From Flavobacteriales bacterium (lineage in GTDB: Bacteria > Bacteroidota > Bacteroidia > NS11-12g > UBA9320), in the NCBI GenBank assembly GCA_020635435.1, contig JACJZU010000001.1, positions 720,999 through 784,998 of the forward strand: a DNA stretch of 64,000 nucleotides, in the 5' to 3' direction. Shown here piece by piece: positions 19,040 to 29,905 of this stretch; within the stretch, counting starts at the first letter, position 1; each line of letters opens with the position of its first letter. The notes beneath the pieces were generated by a model. That model worked only from the letters and a program-made list of their open reading frames with translations, did not search any database and was not told the origin of the DNA. Made by a program: the position numbers and the translations under genes.

Positions 19040-21871
19040 TTACCTCAAACGGGCTTTCACCTCAACTTCCTGGTAACATTCCAGGACGTCACCCACCTGA
19101 AGATCGTTGTAGTTCTTCACCTGCATACCGCATTCGTAGCCCTTAGCGACTTCTTTCACATCGTCCTTGAAACGCTTGAGCGAAGCGATGTCGCCTTCAT
19201 ACACAACAACTCCTTCGCGGATCACGCGAACTTTATTATCGCGGGTCACTTTTCCATCAAGCACATAACAACCTCCCACAGTACCAACTTTCGTGATCTT
19301 GAACACATCCCTTACCTCCACGTTTGCAGTCACTTTCTCCTCAATTTCAGGAGCAAGCATTCCTTCCATAGCGGAGCGGATCTCTTCAATAGCTTTGTAG
19401 ATCACGTTGTAATGGCGGATATCGATCATCTCATGCTCGGCAAGTTTACGCGCACTCGGCGCAGGACGTACCTGGAACCCAACGATTATGGCATCGGAGG
19501 CACTGGCGAGAAGGACATCGGATTCTGTGATCTGACCAACCGATTTATGTATCACATTGACCTGGATCTGCTCTGTGCTCAACTTGATAAGTGCATCGGA
19601 GAGTGCTTCTGCCGATCCGTCAACATCTGCTTTAACGATCACTTTCAATTCCTTGAAGTTACCTACTGCCAGTCGGCGCCCGATCTCATCAAGTGTGATG
19701 TGCTTGGTGGCCCGGATACCTTGTTCGCGCTGCAACTGCGTACGTTTGTTCGCAATTTCCTTGGCATCAGACTCTGTTTTCATCACCTGGAAAATATCCC
19801 CAGCTGTGGGAGCACTTGTAAATCCGAGAACATTCACCGGCGTTGACGGATCAGCCTCTTCAACCTGTTGCATACGCTCATTGAACATGGCCTTTACCCG
19901 GCAGAAGTGGTGACCTGCAACCATGGCATCTCCAACGCGCAATGTACCTTCCTGAACGAGGAGTGAGGCCATGATTCCCCGGCCTTTATCCAGTCGGGCT
20001 TCCATCACAGTACCTTTTGCCCGTTTATCGGGATTGGCCTTTAGTTCGAGCAATTCAGCCTCGAGCAGAACCTTATCCAAAAGTTCATCGATATTGATTC
20101 CTTTTTTCGCAGATATTTCCTGAGCCTGGTATTTTCCGCCCCATTCCTCCACGAGGATATTCAATTGAGAGAGTTCCTCACGGATCCGATCCGTATTGGC
20201 ACCTTCTTTATCGATCTTGTTGAAAGCGAAAACGATCGGCACCCCTGCAGCCTGCGCATGACTGATGGCCTCCTTGGTCTGAGGCATCACGCTATCGTCA
20301 GCTGCAATTACAATGATGGCCACGTCGGTAACCTTTGCTCCCCTTGCACGCATGGCCGTAAATGCCTCGTGACCCGGGGTGTCCACAAATGTGATGTTCT
20401 TTCCATTATTCAGAGTTACCTCGTAAGCCGCAACGTGCTGCGTGATACCTCCCGCTTCGCCGGCGATCACATTTGCGTTGCGTATAAAGTCGAGTAGCGA
20501 GGTCTTACCATGGTCTACGTGACCCATGACCGTGACGATCGGTGGGCGTTCAACCAGTGCATCCGGGTCATCCTGTTCATCTTCCAGGATCTCTACTGTC
20601 TCATCAGCATCCACAAACTGCACTTCGAACCCAAATTCTTCTGCAACGATCTGAATGGTTTCCGCATCGAGACGCTGGTTGATCGAGACCATTATTCCAA
20701 GGGAAAAACAGGCTGTGATGATCTGATTGACAGTAACATCCATCAGCGAGGCGAGTTCATTGGCGGTCACAAACTCGGTAACCCGGAGTACTTTGCTCTC
20801 GAGTTCCTTTTGGATCGCTTCTTCTTCGCGCATTTGGCGGTGATCTTCCCGTTTCTGCTTACGCATTTTGGAACGGATATTACCACCCTGTTGTCCGCCT
20901 TTCTTACCACTCAATTTGGCAAGCGTGGCCTTGATCTTATCCTGGATCTCCTTCTCCGAGATCTCAGTTTTCTCTTCTTCTTTTTTAACTCCCCGCTTTG
21001 GACCGCTGCCTACCCGCTTCGGATCCACTTTATTCTTAGTGGTGCGCTTGCGCTTTTTGCGCATCGCATCATCCATTTTACCCTCGCTGCTGGCCACAGG
21101 TTTCTTCTGCGGAGGCTCAGGCAGCTCGATTTTACCCATGATGGTCAAACCACCCAATTTCTCATATTGGGTCTTTAACACTTTGGGTTCCTCTCGCTCA
21201 GGGACAACAGGAGGCTCGGGTTTTTCAACCTCGGGCTGAACTACTTCCGGTTCGGGAGTCGTTTCGGCCTCGGGCTCTGATACAGGTGGCTCCGGCACCT
21301 GAGGTTCTTCATTAGTGGGAACTTCAGGTTCGTCAGACTGCTTGGTCTCCTTCCCTTCCGTTTTTGGCTTCTCGAGGTCGATCTTTCCCAAAACTTTCAG
21401 CCCTGGAAGTCCTTCCTTCTTGAGAGCCGGTTCTTCTTTCGGCTCGATCACTTCCTGTTCTTCCGGTTTCTCAACTTCCACCGGTTTTTCCTCAACCGTC
21501 GGAGTTTCAACCTGTTCAACAGGGGGTTCGGGTGTTTCCTTGGATATCGGATGTGGTAAACCGATATCCTTTATCAGAACAACTTCTTCAAATTCCGCTT
21601 CTTTCTTCTTCCTTTTCGTTTTGAGATTTTTGGCAGAAAGGGTTTCCTGATCCTTGCGAATATTGATCTCAAGGGCCTTTGATTCCTCTTTTGCGGCTCG
21701 ATCCGACTGGAATTCCCTTTGAAGTTCCTCGTACATCTCCTGAGAGATCTTGGCTGTCACCTTGTGATCAACTTCAAATCCCTTCTTATCGAGATGTTCG
21801 ACTAAACTCTTCCAGCTAACGTTCAGTTCGGCTGCAACTTTGTTGATTCTATGGGTTTTACTTCCTGGCAT
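19040..21871 (-). CDS. infB: translation initiation factor IF-2
   Basis: 943-aa ORF. G-domain motifs [20 protein letters not shown] and NKID, with a long K/E/P-rich N-terminal region. Confidence 0.97.
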   Translation of the reverse strand: MPGSKTHRINKVAAELNVSWKSLVEHLDKKGFEVDHKVTAKISQEMYEELQREFQSDRAAKEESKALEINIRKDQETLSAKNLKTKRKKKEAEFEEVVLIKDIGLPHPISKETPEPPVEQVETPTVEEKPVEVEKPEEQEVIEPKEEPALKKEGLPGLKVLGKIDLEKPKTEGKETKQSDEPEVPTNEEPQVPEPPVSEPEAETTPEPEVVQPEVEKPEPPVVPEREEPKVLKTQYEKLGGLTIMGKIELPEPPQKKPVASSEGKMDDAMRKKRKRTTKNKVDPKRVGSGPKRGVKKEEEKTEISEKEIQDKIKATLAKLSGKKGGQQGGNIRSKMRKQKREDHRQMREEEAIQKELESKVLRVTEFVTANELASLMDVTVNQIITACFSLGIMVSINQRLDAETIQIVAEEFGFEVQFVDADETVEILEDEQDDPDALVERPPIVTVMGHVDHGKTSLLDFIRNANVIAGEAGGITQHVAAYEVTLNNGKNITFVDTPGHEAFTAMRARGAKVTDVAIIVIAADDSVMPQTKEAISHAQAAGVPIVFAFNKIDKEGANTDRIREELSQLNILVEEWGGKYQAQEISAKKGINIDELLDKVLLEAELLELKANPDKRAKGTVMEARLDKGRGIMASLLVQEGTLRVGDAMVAGHHFCRVKAMFNERMQQVEEADPSTPVNVLGFTSAPTAGDIFQVMKTESDAKEIANKRTQLQREQGIRATKHITLDEIGRRLAVGNFKELKVIVKADVDGSAEALSDALIKLSTEQIQVNVIHKSVGQITESDVLLASASDAIIVGFQVRPAPSARKLAEHEMIDIRHYNVIYKAIEEIRSAMEGMLAPEIEEKVTANVEVRDVFKITKVGTVGGCYVLDGKVTRDNKVRVIREGVVVYEGDIASLKRFKDDVKEVAKGYECGMQVKNYNDLQVGDVLECYQEVEVKARLR

Positions 21872-21970
21872 TAAAAAGGTTAAGCTTGCGAAATTACTAT
21901 TATTTAGTTCTGCCGGATTCCGCCTTACTTTCGGAATAGCCGGCGTTTATTGTCAGTTCTTCATCGGATC

Positions 21971-23206
21971 TTATTCAAATTCAGCTTCGAATATCTTCTT
22001 GATCTCGATAATGGTTTCTTCTTCGAGTTCTGTTCTGCGCACAAGATCTTCGTTATCCACCTCGAGCACACTTTTGGCGGTATCCAATCCGATGGCCTTC
22101 AGTTCATCGATGATCCATTCGTCAATTTCATCAGTGAATTCGTCCAGATCGACGTCCATGTCGTCCTCATTCACGGATTCGCGGTAAACATCGATATTGT
22201 ATCCAACCAGTTTACCAGCGAGTTTGATATTGTGTCCGCCTTTTCCGATCGCCAGGGAAACCTGGTCGCTGGGGAGGTAAACATCTGCACGTTTCTCTTC
22301 TTCATTTAACTGGATCGAAGAGATCTTGGCCGGACTCAAGGCGCGCTGCACATAAAGCGGCACGTTGGTGGTATAGTTGATCACATCGATGTTCTCGTTG
22401 CGCAACTCGCGCACGATACCATGGATTCGTGAACCTTTCATACCCACGCAGGCCCCAACCGGATCGATCCGGTCGTCGTAACTTTCAACGGCCACTTTGG
22501 CACGCTCTCCAGGCTCGCGAACCACATTTTTTATCGTGATCAATCCATCCAGGATCTCCGGTACTTCCAATTCGAACAAACGCTCCAGGAAAATTGGGGC
22601 TGTCCGTGAAAGGATGATCCGCGGGTTGTTATTGTTCATCTCCACCCTTAGAACCACAGCACGGATCGAATCGCCCTTTTTGAAGAAATCACGGGGTATC
22701 ATTTCCGTTTTCGGAAGGATCAGTTCGTTTCCTTCATCGTCGAGGATCATCAATTCTCTCTTCCAGATCTGATAAACCTCACCCACTACGATCTCACCAA
22801 CACGATCTTTGTATTTCTTGTAGATCTCATCCTTTTCGAGCTCCAGGATACGGGAAAGGAGTGTCTGACGAGCAGTAAGTACAGCCCGACGGCCAAAATC
22901 CTCCATTTGAACTTCTTGAATGGCCTCTTCTCCGATCTCGTAATCATCTTCCAGTTTCAGTGCTTCGGAAATGCTGATCTCGAGGTTGTCATCCTCTACC
23001 TCACCATCGTCTACGATACGCCGGTTCCGGAAGATCTCCAGGTCGCCCGACTCCGTATTGATAATGATGTCGAAATTCTCATCCGACCCGAATTTGCGGC
23101 GCAACATGCTGCGGAATACATCTTCCATTACGCGCATCATCGTTGCCCTGTCGATGTTCTTGAACTCCTTGAATTCCGAAAACGACTCTACTAATCCTAG
23201 GCTCAT
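21971..23206 (-). CDS. nusA: transcription termination/antitermination factor NusA
   Basis: 411-aa ORF with an N-terminal NusA domain, an S1 domain and two KH domains (GACVGMKGSRI; LAIGKGGHNIKLA). Sits in the conserved rimP-nusA-infB order. Confidence 0.95.
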   Translation of the reverse strand: MSLGLVESFSEFKEFKNIDRATMMRVMEDVFRSMLRRKFGSDENFDIIINTESGDLEIFRNRRIVDDGEVEDDNLEISISEALKLEDDYEIGEEAIQEVQMEDFGRRAVLTARQTLLSRILELEKDEIYKKYKDRVGEIVVGEVYQIWKRELMILDDEGNELILPKTEMIPRDFFKKGDSIRAVVLRVEMNNNNPRIILSRTAPIFLERLFELEVPEILDGLITIKNVVREPGERAKVAVESYDDRIDPVGACVGMKGSRIHGIVRELRNENIDVINYTTNVPLYVQRALSPAKISSIQLNEEEKRADVYLPSDQVSLAIGKGGHNIKLAGKLVGYNIDVYRESVNEDDMDVDLDEFTDEIDEWIIDELKAIGLDTAKSVLEVDNEDLVRRTELEEETIIEIKKIFEAEFE

Positions 23207-23210
23207 AGTA

Positions 23211-23681
23211 TCAATTAAAGCTTATTACAACTTTTGAAGTTTCAATATCTGTAAAGGGAACATGCTTGATGTCTCCCAATTCATTCTTAATGTGTTTCTT
23301 TTCCGATCTCAGGACTTCCTGCACTTTTATACCCTTCTCCTCCACTTCCATCAGAATAAACTCACCCAAACGACCGTCGACAAAACTGATCTCCAACGTT
23401 CGGCCTAAGTGTTGCGGATATTGCCGCTCCTTTTTCAGAGGGCGATCAACTCCCGGACTGGAAATCACGAGATTGAAAGGGCGTCCGTCGTACTCCTCGT
23501 CGATCATTCGGGATAAACGTCGGCTGATCCGTGCACAAACATCAATACTCACCCCGCTATCTCCGTCCAATAGCACCTGGATCTTAGGACTTTCAGCGCC
23601 ACCCAAAACATCGACAATGAAATATTCACTGCCTTCGATCTCGGCTTCAACCCGCTCGGTGATCCATTTTTTAAGATCCAT
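23211..23681 (-). CDS. rimP: ribosome maturation factor RimP
   Basis: ORF 23211..23726 trimmed to ATG 23681 (MDLKKWITERVE.., 156 aa). Typical size and position, 4 nt upstream of nusA. Confidence 0.8.
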   Translation of the reverse strand: MDLKKWITERVEAEIEGSEYFIVDVLGGAESPKIQVLLDGDSGVSIDVCARISRRLSRMIDEEYDGRPFNLVISSPGVDRPLKKERQYPQHLGRTLEISFVDGRLGEFILMEVEEKGIKVQEVLRSEKKHIKNELGDIKHVPFTDIETSKVVISFN

Positions 23682-23786
23682 TTCTAGCTTCTCAATTCGG
23701 ATTAATAAAAAGGGGGAATCTGTCATTCCCCCTCCTTGAGATCCGTTATGCGGCGCAAATATACTGGTAAAAATGCTAAAAAAGAA

Positions 23787-24629
23787 CTACTTGTTCCTTT
23801 TCTTCTTGATGTATTTCCATATGATCGGAGGTAACCAATTTGTTGCAGTTCGCACGAAGAAATTGTAGACTCTCATGCTCTGCTCAGACTTCTCACCTTT
23901 TCGGTCTACAAACAGGGTAGTATGATCCTCGAGTCCGGGGTTGATCTCTTCAGCAGGACGACCATTCGTGTAGTAATAGAGTGCCAGCGATTTTCGGCTT
24001 CTGCCCTCGGGGCAGTTCAATGGATCGGGATGTCCATGATATGAAAAATCGGTCGTACTGAACATACACATTCGGTTGAATACCGGAAGTACCTTCTTTT
24101 CACATTGCGTCATATCGGTATTCCAGAGTTCGAAATGTCCGCCGTACGATTCGTCCCAATCCTTGTTCAGGTAGATCAGAACGTTCAAACGGCGATCGAG
24201 TCCGGTTAGTTTATGTTTATTGAAATCGGCATGAATTTTCAGGTAGCCACCCTTCCGGATCTGATGGCAACCTCCTCCTTCGAAATAAGCATCTCCGATC
24301 AGATTTTCGATTCCTGTGAGTTCAGAGAGGAAATTCAGAAATGGCTCAGAATTCAGGAAGTGCATGAAAACCTTGGTGGCCTTCCCGAAACGTGCCTCTC
24401 CGCGCGAAGCCAGCTTTATCTCGTTCGGATTCTGGAAATTGATATCGCCTTTATCACCCATCTCAGGGAATTCACTTAATACGAGATTCAAAAAATCCTC
24501 GTTGAAGAAGTCGTCGAAATACATGTTCGGGAACGGGCTATTGGCCTTATATTCAGCCTTTTTAGCACGTGCCAGACTCATGAGTTCGTCGTAATTGATG
24601 TCCAGTACCTGATAATCTCCTATTTGCAT
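23787..24629 (-). CDS. 2OG-Fe(II) oxygenase superfamily protein (prolyl-4-hydroxylase-like)
   Basis: ORF trimmed to ATG 24629 (MQIGDYQVLD.., 280 aa). HxD in LKIHADFNKH, distal His in FSYHGHPDP and the Arg context RKSLALYYY. Confidence 0.65.
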   Translation of the reverse strand: MQIGDYQVLDINYDELMSLARAKKAEYKANSPFPNMYFDDFFNEDFLNLVLSEFPEMGDKGDINFQNPNEIKLASRGEARFGKATKVFMHFLNSEPFLNFLSELTGIENLIGDAYFEGGGCHQIRKGGYLKIHADFNKHKLTGLDRRLNVLIYLNKDWDESYGGHFELWNTDMTQCEKKVLPVFNRMCMFSTTDFSYHGHPDPLNCPEGRSRKSLALYYYTNGRPAEEINPGLEDHTTLFVDRKGEKSEQSMRVYNFFVRTATNWLPPIIWKYIKKKRNK

Positions 24630-24645
24630 GGGTTTTGGGCCTCCG

Positions 24646-24674
24646 TTGAGGTGTAAAAAAAAGAAATAATTTTG
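24646..24674 (+). promoter_or_regulatory. candidate Bacteroidota promoter: TTG-N18-TAATTTTG
   Basis: TTG at 24646..24648 and TAnnTTTG match TAATTTTG at 24667..24674, 23 nt upstream of ATG 24698. This argues against the GTG 24674 start in the ORF track. Confidence 0.4.
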
Positions 24675-24697
24675 TGTCCGCAAAGATTGACGAGAAC

Positions 24698-27600
24698 ATG
24701 CTGAATTACAAGCGCTTTAATATTATCGTAGGTTGGGTGTTATTCGCAGCATCCCTGGTGGTTTACATGCTCACTCTGGAACCTTCTGTTCCGCTGTGGG
24801 ACTGTGGGGAATTCATCTCCGCTTCATACACATTGCAAGTTGTTCACCCTCCGGGTGCTCCTCTTTTCCTGATGCTGGGACGCTTGTTTTCGCTTTTCTC
24901 CTGGGGCAATCCGGAAGGGATAGCTTTGGCCGTTAATGCGCTCAGTGCCGTGGCCAGCGCATTAACAGTGACCTTCACATTTTGGATCATCACCCATTTC
25001 GCTTTGAAAGCCTTGAACATTCCAATTAGCTCAAGGGAGATCAAATCCGGTGATGCTATTGGCGTGTTTGGTGCCGGAATCGTTGGGGCCCTTGCACTCA
25101 CCTTCATGGACACTTTTTGGTTCTCAGCCGTTGAGGCGGAGGTTTATGCATCTTCTTCTCTATTCACCGCACTCGCGTTCTGGGGCATTCTGAAATGGGA
25201 AGTTGTTAAAGATGAGACCGGTGCCGATCGCTGGTTGGTTTTCATATCCTTCATTGTAGGGTTGGCCATAGGACTTCACTTGTTGAATCTTCTAGTTATA
25301 CCAGCTGTGATTCTGTATTACTTCTTCAACCGATTCCCGGTTAACACACGCAATGTGATCTATTCACTTGTGATCGGAGCAGGTTCCCTAGTATTCTTGA
25401 ACTGGTTCGTGATACCGGGAATGGCCAAATTCGCTGCGTTATTCGACAAGGCCTTCGTGAATGGAATGGGACTGCCCTACAACTCCGGTGTTCTGTTTTG
25501 GGTGGCTCTTGTAATTTTTGGTGTGTTCCTAGGAATTCGCTGGACCATTCGAAAACGCAAGCCTCTGTTGAACCTGGCGATGCTCTGCTTCGCATACATT
25601 CTCATCGGATACAGTTCCTATGCCATGGTGGTGATCCGCTCACTTGCCCAGCCACCGATTGACATGAACAATCCTGAAGATGCCTATAGCTTATTGAGTT
25701 ATATTCAACGCGAGCAATATGGCGACCGTCCGTTATTCAAAGGACCCCATTACGTTGCCAAAGACGTTTCACCGATCGATGTGAAAGAGGGTGCCATGAG
25801 TTACCGGAAGGGAGAAAATGGCTATGAAGAGATTGGCCGTCGCTATTCCTACACCTGGCCTGATAAATACGAGACCTTGCTCCCTCGGATGGGCGATATG
25901 AGCGAAAAATCCCAGGGATATAAATTCTGGTACAACGAACGCAAGAATGCCGACGGGTCAACGAAGATCCCCACCATGAAACAGAATCTCGGTTTCATGT
26001 GGAATTACCAGCTGGGCTGGATGTATTGGCGCTATTTCTTCTGGAATTTTGGTGGTCGGCAAAGTGATATTCAAAACGTGGATAACAGTGCTTTCGACGG
26101 AAACTGGATGAGTGGAATACCATTTATCGACAACCGTCGGATAGGACCTCAGGAGGGAATTCCGAAATCACTGGCAAGCAATAAAGCAAGGAACGTGTAT
26201 TATTTGCTGCCTTTCCTGCTGGGTGTTCTTGGTCTCGTTTTCCAATTCAACCGTCAGAAACTGGATGCAACGGTTGTTACGGCCCTTTTCATTTTCACGG
26301 GTATTTTCATTGTTATTTATCTGAATCAGCCTCCCCTCGAACCAAGAGAGCGGGATTATACCAATGTTGGGTCCTATCAAACATTCTGTATTTGGATCGG
26401 GTTGGGAGTGCTTCAGATCTCGGAGTTGCTCAAACGCTATCTTGGAAAAAGTGCGGCTGCCGGAGTTGCGACAGTACTTGGTCTATTCATGGCTCCTTAT
26501 CTCATGGGGACCGAAAACTGGGATGATCACGATCGATCCGACCGGTACCTCGGTATCTCCTTCGCGAAGAATTATTTGAACTCCTGTGCACCAAATGCCG
26601 TTTTGTTCACCAACGGAGATAACGACACGTACCCGCTTTGGTACGCCCAAAACGTGGAAGGCTACCGTACCGATGTACGCATTATAAATCTGAGCCTTCT
26701 GAGCACAGAATGGTACGCACAGGCACTCACACGAAAATATTACGACTCGGACCCGCTTCCAATGTCCATAATCCCGAGTGAAAAACTCAAAGACGGTCAA
26801 CGCGACATCACCAGATACCTGGCAGACGACAAGAAATTCAACAAAGACGGTTATTACAATTTAAAGGATGTTCTGGCCTTCATGGTTTCTGATAACCCGA
26901 ACGACATGGCCTATACGAATAGCGGGGACCGCGTGAACTACATGCCGGCTAAGAATTTCATTATACCAGTAGACAAGTCTGCTGTAGTCGCAAACGGTAC
27001 AGTAAGGGAATCGGATCTTCCAAGAGTGGCCGATCGAATCGAATTCAGCGTACGCCAGAACTCTCTGATGAAAGGTAGCATTGTGATGTTCGACATCATT
27101 GCCACGAACGCCGAACGCGGTTGGGAACGACCGATCTATTTTACAACAACCACCTCAGACGATACGTACAGCGGGCTTCAAAGCTACTTCCGACATGAGG
27201 GTCTCACATACCGATTGGTACCGATCCGCTCGGATTGGAGTCAACGCGGAATGATCGATGACGATCTGCTCTACGACAGGTTGATGAAAGACTACGTTTG
27301 GGGCAATATGGATAAAGGGGAGATGTTCCTGGATCATAAGGCAACACTGGTCCCGAGGAATCTCCGATCGCTCTTTGCCCAGCTATCCCGCAATTACCTG
27401 CTGAAAGGTGATAGCACGCGTGCAATAGAGCTTGCCAATAAGAGTTTCGAAGTAATTCCTGAATCGATCATGGAAATGGATCTGGGGTTGAAGAGCTACT
27501 ACATCGATCTATACAACCTTGCGGGAGATACCACCACTGCCATGTTGAAACTTGGCGAATTGGTAACTACGATCGAGGAGCAGGTCGCATACTTCGAGAA

Positions 27601-27766
27601 CTTCAGTGCCAAAGCCACATTGGATCTCAAGAATCAGGCCCGTCAAAGGTTGGCTGAACTGGCACGTGACGCCGGAGATGCGCGAAATCTGGCTACACGC
27701 TTGGGGGCACCACGTCTAACCAAAAGGATGGAGGTTGTAGCTCAAAGACTCGGTGCCAATCCATAA
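24698..27766 (+). CDS. DUF2723 / TMEM260-like GT-C membrane protein (putative protein O-glycosyltransferase) with a C-terminal TPR-like region
   Basis: ORF trimmed to ATG 24698 (1022 aa). N-terminal YMLTLEPSVPLWDCGEFISASYTLQVVHPPGAPLF is the hallmark start of DUF2723 proteins. About 11 or more TM segments and a large soluble C-terminal half. Confidence 0.65.
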   Translation: MLNYKRFNIIVGWVLFAASLVVYMLTLEPSVPLWDCGEFISASYTLQVVHPPGAPLFLMLGRLFSLFSWGNPEGIALAVNALSAVASALTVTFTFWIITHFALKALNIPISSREIKSGDAIGVFGAGIVGALALTFMDTFWFSAVEAEVYASSSLFTALAFWGILKWEVVKDETGADRWLVFISFIVGLAIGLHLLNLLVIPAVILYYFFNRFPVNTRNVIYSLVIGAGSLVFLNWFVIPGMAKFAALFDKAFVNGMGLPYNSGVLFWVALVIFGVFLGIRWTIRKRKPLLNLAMLCFAYILIGYSSYAMVVIRSLAQPPIDMNNPEDAYSLLSYIQREQYGDRPLFKGPHYVAKDVSPIDVKEGAMSYRKGENGYEEIGRRYSYTWPDKYETLLPRMGDMSEKSQGYKFWYNERKNADGSTKIPTMKQNLGFMWNYQLGWMYWRYFFWNFGGRQSDIQNVDNSAFDGNWMSGIPFIDNRRIGPQEGIPKSLASNKARNVYYLLPFLLGVLGLVFQFNRQKLDATVVTALFIFTGIFIVIYLNQPPLEPRERDYTNVGSYQTFCIWIGLGVLQISELLKRYLGKSAAAGVATVLGLFMAPYLMGTENWDDHDRSDRYLGISFAKNYLNSCAPNAVLFTNGDNDTYPLWYAQNVEGYRTDVRIINLSLLSTEWYAQALTRKYYDSDPLPMSIIPSEKLKDGQRDITRYLADDKKFNKDGYYNLKDVLAFMVSDNPNDMAYTNSGDRVNYMPAKNFIIPVDKSAVVANGTVRESDLPRVADRIEFSVRQNSLMKGSIVMFDIIATNAERGWERPIYFTTTTSDDTYSGLQSYFRHEGLTYRLVPIRSDWSQRGMIDDDLLYDRLMKDYVWGNMDKGEMFLDHKATLVPRNLRSLFAQLSRNYLLKGDSTRAIELANKSFEVIPESIMEMDLGLKSYYIDLYNLAGDTTTAMLKLGELVTTIEEQVAYFENFSAKATLDLKNQARQRLAELARDAGDARNLATRLGAPRLTKRMEVVAQRLGANP

Positions 27767-27773
27767 GAACGGC

Positions 27774-28502
27774 ATGGAGGAGGAACAGCTCATATTTGGC
27801 ATACGCCCCATTATGGAGGCGTTAAGTTCAGGGGTGGAGATCGAGAAGGTTTTGATCTCCGATACAGGGCGCGGGCCGCAGTTTCAAGAGCTCGTTGGCA
27901 TACTGCGCAAAGCCGGGATCAACCATCAATACGTTCCTGTTCAAAAGCTGAATCGACTACATCGCGGCAACCATCAGGGGGTTATCGCCTATTTAAGTCT
28001 CATTCCAAAGATCGAATTATACGATTTTCTCAATGTTGAACTTGCTAAAGGAACGGTACTTCGAATCCTGGTCTTAGATCATCTTACAGATGTCCGGAAT
28101 CTGGGAGCTCTTGCCCGATCCGCGGTGGCTTTTGGCTTTCACGGAATCATCGCCCCGGAAAAAGGATCGGTCTTGATCCATTCCGGAGCGATCAAGTCCT
28201 CGGCAGGTGCACTGTTGAAGATACCTTTGATCCGTGTACCGAATCTTTCAGCTGCTATGAAGGATCTTCGTTTGCACGGGATCTATCTGGCTGCGATAAG
28301 CGAACATGGGAAAACCGAACTTTCGAACCTGCCACATGGTGAAGCGATCGCATTGGTATTAGGTAATGAGGAAACCGGTATCCGGGCTGAAAACCTCAAG
28401 TTATGCGCAGAAACTTACCGCATTCCAATGGAAGACAGCATCGGATCACTCAATGTGTCGGTGGCAGGTGCAATAGCCATGTACGAAGTGAGCAAAGCGT
28501 AA
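27774..28502 (+). CDS. rlmB: 23S rRNA (guanosine-2'-O)-methyltransferase RlmB (SpoU/TrmH family)
   Basis: ORF trimmed to ATG 27774 (MEEEQLIFGIRPIMEAL..). SpoU motifs LVLGNEETGI and IPMEDSIGSLNVSVAGAIAMYE. Confidence 0.8.
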   Translation: MEEEQLIFGIRPIMEALSSGVEIEKVLISDTGRGPQFQELVGILRKAGINHQYVPVQKLNRLHRGNHQGVIAYLSLIPKIELYDFLNVELAKGTVLRILVLDHLTDVRNLGALARSAVAFGFHGIIAPEKGSVLIHSGAIKSSAGALLKIPLIRVPNLSAAMKDLRLHGIYLAAISEHGKTELSNLPHGEAIALVLGNEETGIRAENLKLCAETYRIPMEDSIGSLNVSVAGAIAMYEVSKA

Positions 28503-28643
28503 TTCACTCTTAATCAGAAACTTATGCTATTTTCTTGAATTGATATTCAAGCGCCTGACGAAAAAAAAGTTCAGGATTGTTATTTATCCTCAAAAAAATA
28601 TATTCGCGTAAAATTAGACGGGTCTATATTTAGTTTATAGCGT

Positions 28644-28865
28644 ATGTACTGGACTTTAGAACTTGCTTCGTATTTGGATGATGCGCCGTGGCCGGCCAGC
28701 AAAGATGAATTGATCGACTACGCCATCCGTTCAGGGGCTCCCCTGGAAGTTGTAGAGAACCTTCAGGAACTGGAGGATGATGGAGAACCATTTGAATCCA
28801 TCGAGGAGGTATGGGCAGACTACCCCACTACCGATGACTATTTCTTCAACGAAGACGAACTCTGA
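28644..28865 (+). CDS. DUF2795-like small acidic protein
   Basis: 73-aa ORF. WPASKDELIDYAIRSGAPLEVVENLQELEDDG fits the DUF2795 pattern (recalled from memory). Confidence 0.5.
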   Translation: MYWTLELASYLDDAPWPASKDELIDYAIRSGAPLEVVENLQELEDDGEPFESIEEVWADYPTTDDYFFNEDEL

Positions 28866-29773
28866 TCGGGTTCGTTGAGGAATTCCAATACTTTTTCAAT
28901 CACAACATCGGATCTCAGTATCCGGTTATGACCCAGGCCTCGCGTTTCAATGAAACCGAGGCCTAGTTCTTTTGCAAGTAGCTCTGCATTTCGTATCGAA
29001 ACCTGTTGGTCATTGGCATCATGAAATACCAACATCTTTGGTAGAACATCCACATTTCGAAGCAATTCCGGCACGGCAAATTCATTGAATGAGATGTTGT
29101 AACGCTGCTGAACCCTATTCACGAATCGCTCCCGTGTTCGATACCCACCGCCAATAAGTTTGATAAATTTCTCCACGATCTCCTTTGGTATGGAAGGGGT
29201 ATTGATAAGTACCCATTTCTTGAGCCGGATGGCATCTTCAGAAAGTGACCAGGCGAGCGACATCCCTGAAAGGGAATGGGTGACTGCACAAAGGACCTCG
29301 AATTTTGCAACAGCTGCTTCAAGTGCATTTGCAAATTCCAGCGCATCGGTCTGCATACCTGCGCTTTGCCCGTGTCCGGGCATATCCATCAATAAAATGC
29401 CAAAGCCTGCAGAATGAACGGCTTCGGCAAGCTCCCTGAACTGAGTGGCTTTGCCAGACCAGCCGTGGGCAAAAAGCACATATGGAGCTTCTCCTTTTTG
29501 ATAAACAACCACCTTGGTGTGTAATGTGAGCACCTCCAGATTCTTGAACTCACCGAGCCATTTCAGGTCCGTTGAGGAATACGGACTTGGCCGGGGTTTG
29601 AAAAAAAGCTTGTACGCCCATAGTCCGGCGGCCTTGGGAAATACGAGATCCAACACACGTATCCCCAACCGGATCAATCTGAGCAGAAATGGAACTTCGT
29701 TCTCCTTGGGACTCGGAGTGGGATTCTTTGCCATCAGTAGATTCTGTGCAACTTTGAACGCGAAGTTCGGCAA
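28838..29773 (-). CDS. alpha/beta hydrolase
   Basis: 311-aa ORF. Oxyanion region LFAHGWSG, nucleophile elbow VTHSLSG and C-terminal GLGHNRI. Confidence 0.65.
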   Translation of the reverse strand: MPNFAFKVAQNLLMAKNPTPSPKENEVPFLLRLIRLGIRVLDLVFPKAAGLWAYKLFFKPRPSPYSSTDLKWLGEFKNLEVLTLHTKVVVYQKGEAPYVLFAHGWSGKATQFRELAEAVHSAGFGILLMDMPGHGQSAGMQTDALEFANALEAAVAKFEVLCAVTHSLSGMSLAWSLSEDAIRLKKWVLINTPSIPKEIVEKFIKLIGGGYRTRERFVNRVQQRYNISFNEFAVPELLRNVDVLPKMLVFHDANDQQVSIRNAELLAKELGLGFIETRGLGHNRILRSDVVIEKVLEFLNEPDQSSSSLKK

Positions 29774-29905
29774 ATCTTAAGAACTGTCGGATAGCTTCCG
29801 ATTACATCGGATAAGTACTTCAGAACACATCGATGAAACCGGCCATTATCCACATTTCTGTCCCATTGAGGCATAAAGCAGTAAATTCGCCCAATTTATT
29901 CGGTA

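Noticed and set aside
19034-19846. 270-aa plus-strand ORF (and further ORFs at 20510..21178 and 20868..21239) antisense to infB
   Set aside because: These are shadow ORFs. infB on the minus strand has unambiguous GTPase motifs, while the antisense products are low-complexity (H/F/L/S-rich) with no recognisable motif or independent start context.
20900-21650. Repetitive P/E/K/V-rich DNA that could be mistaken for a tandem repeat or array
   Set aside because: It is the in-frame low-complexity N-terminal linker of IF-2. There is no spacer-repeat periodicity and no frame interruption.
28534-28551. Hairpin CTTGAAT-tgat-ATTCAAG downstream of rlmB
   Set aside because: It is an AT-rich 7-bp stem with no T-run after it, so it is not convincing as a terminator.
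29787-29815. Three TCGGA/TCCGA/TCGGA segments upstream of carB that could form alternative hairpins (attenuator-like)
   Set aside because: The stems are only 5 bp (8 bp with a bulge). There is no following T-run and no leader peptide, so this is too weak to call.
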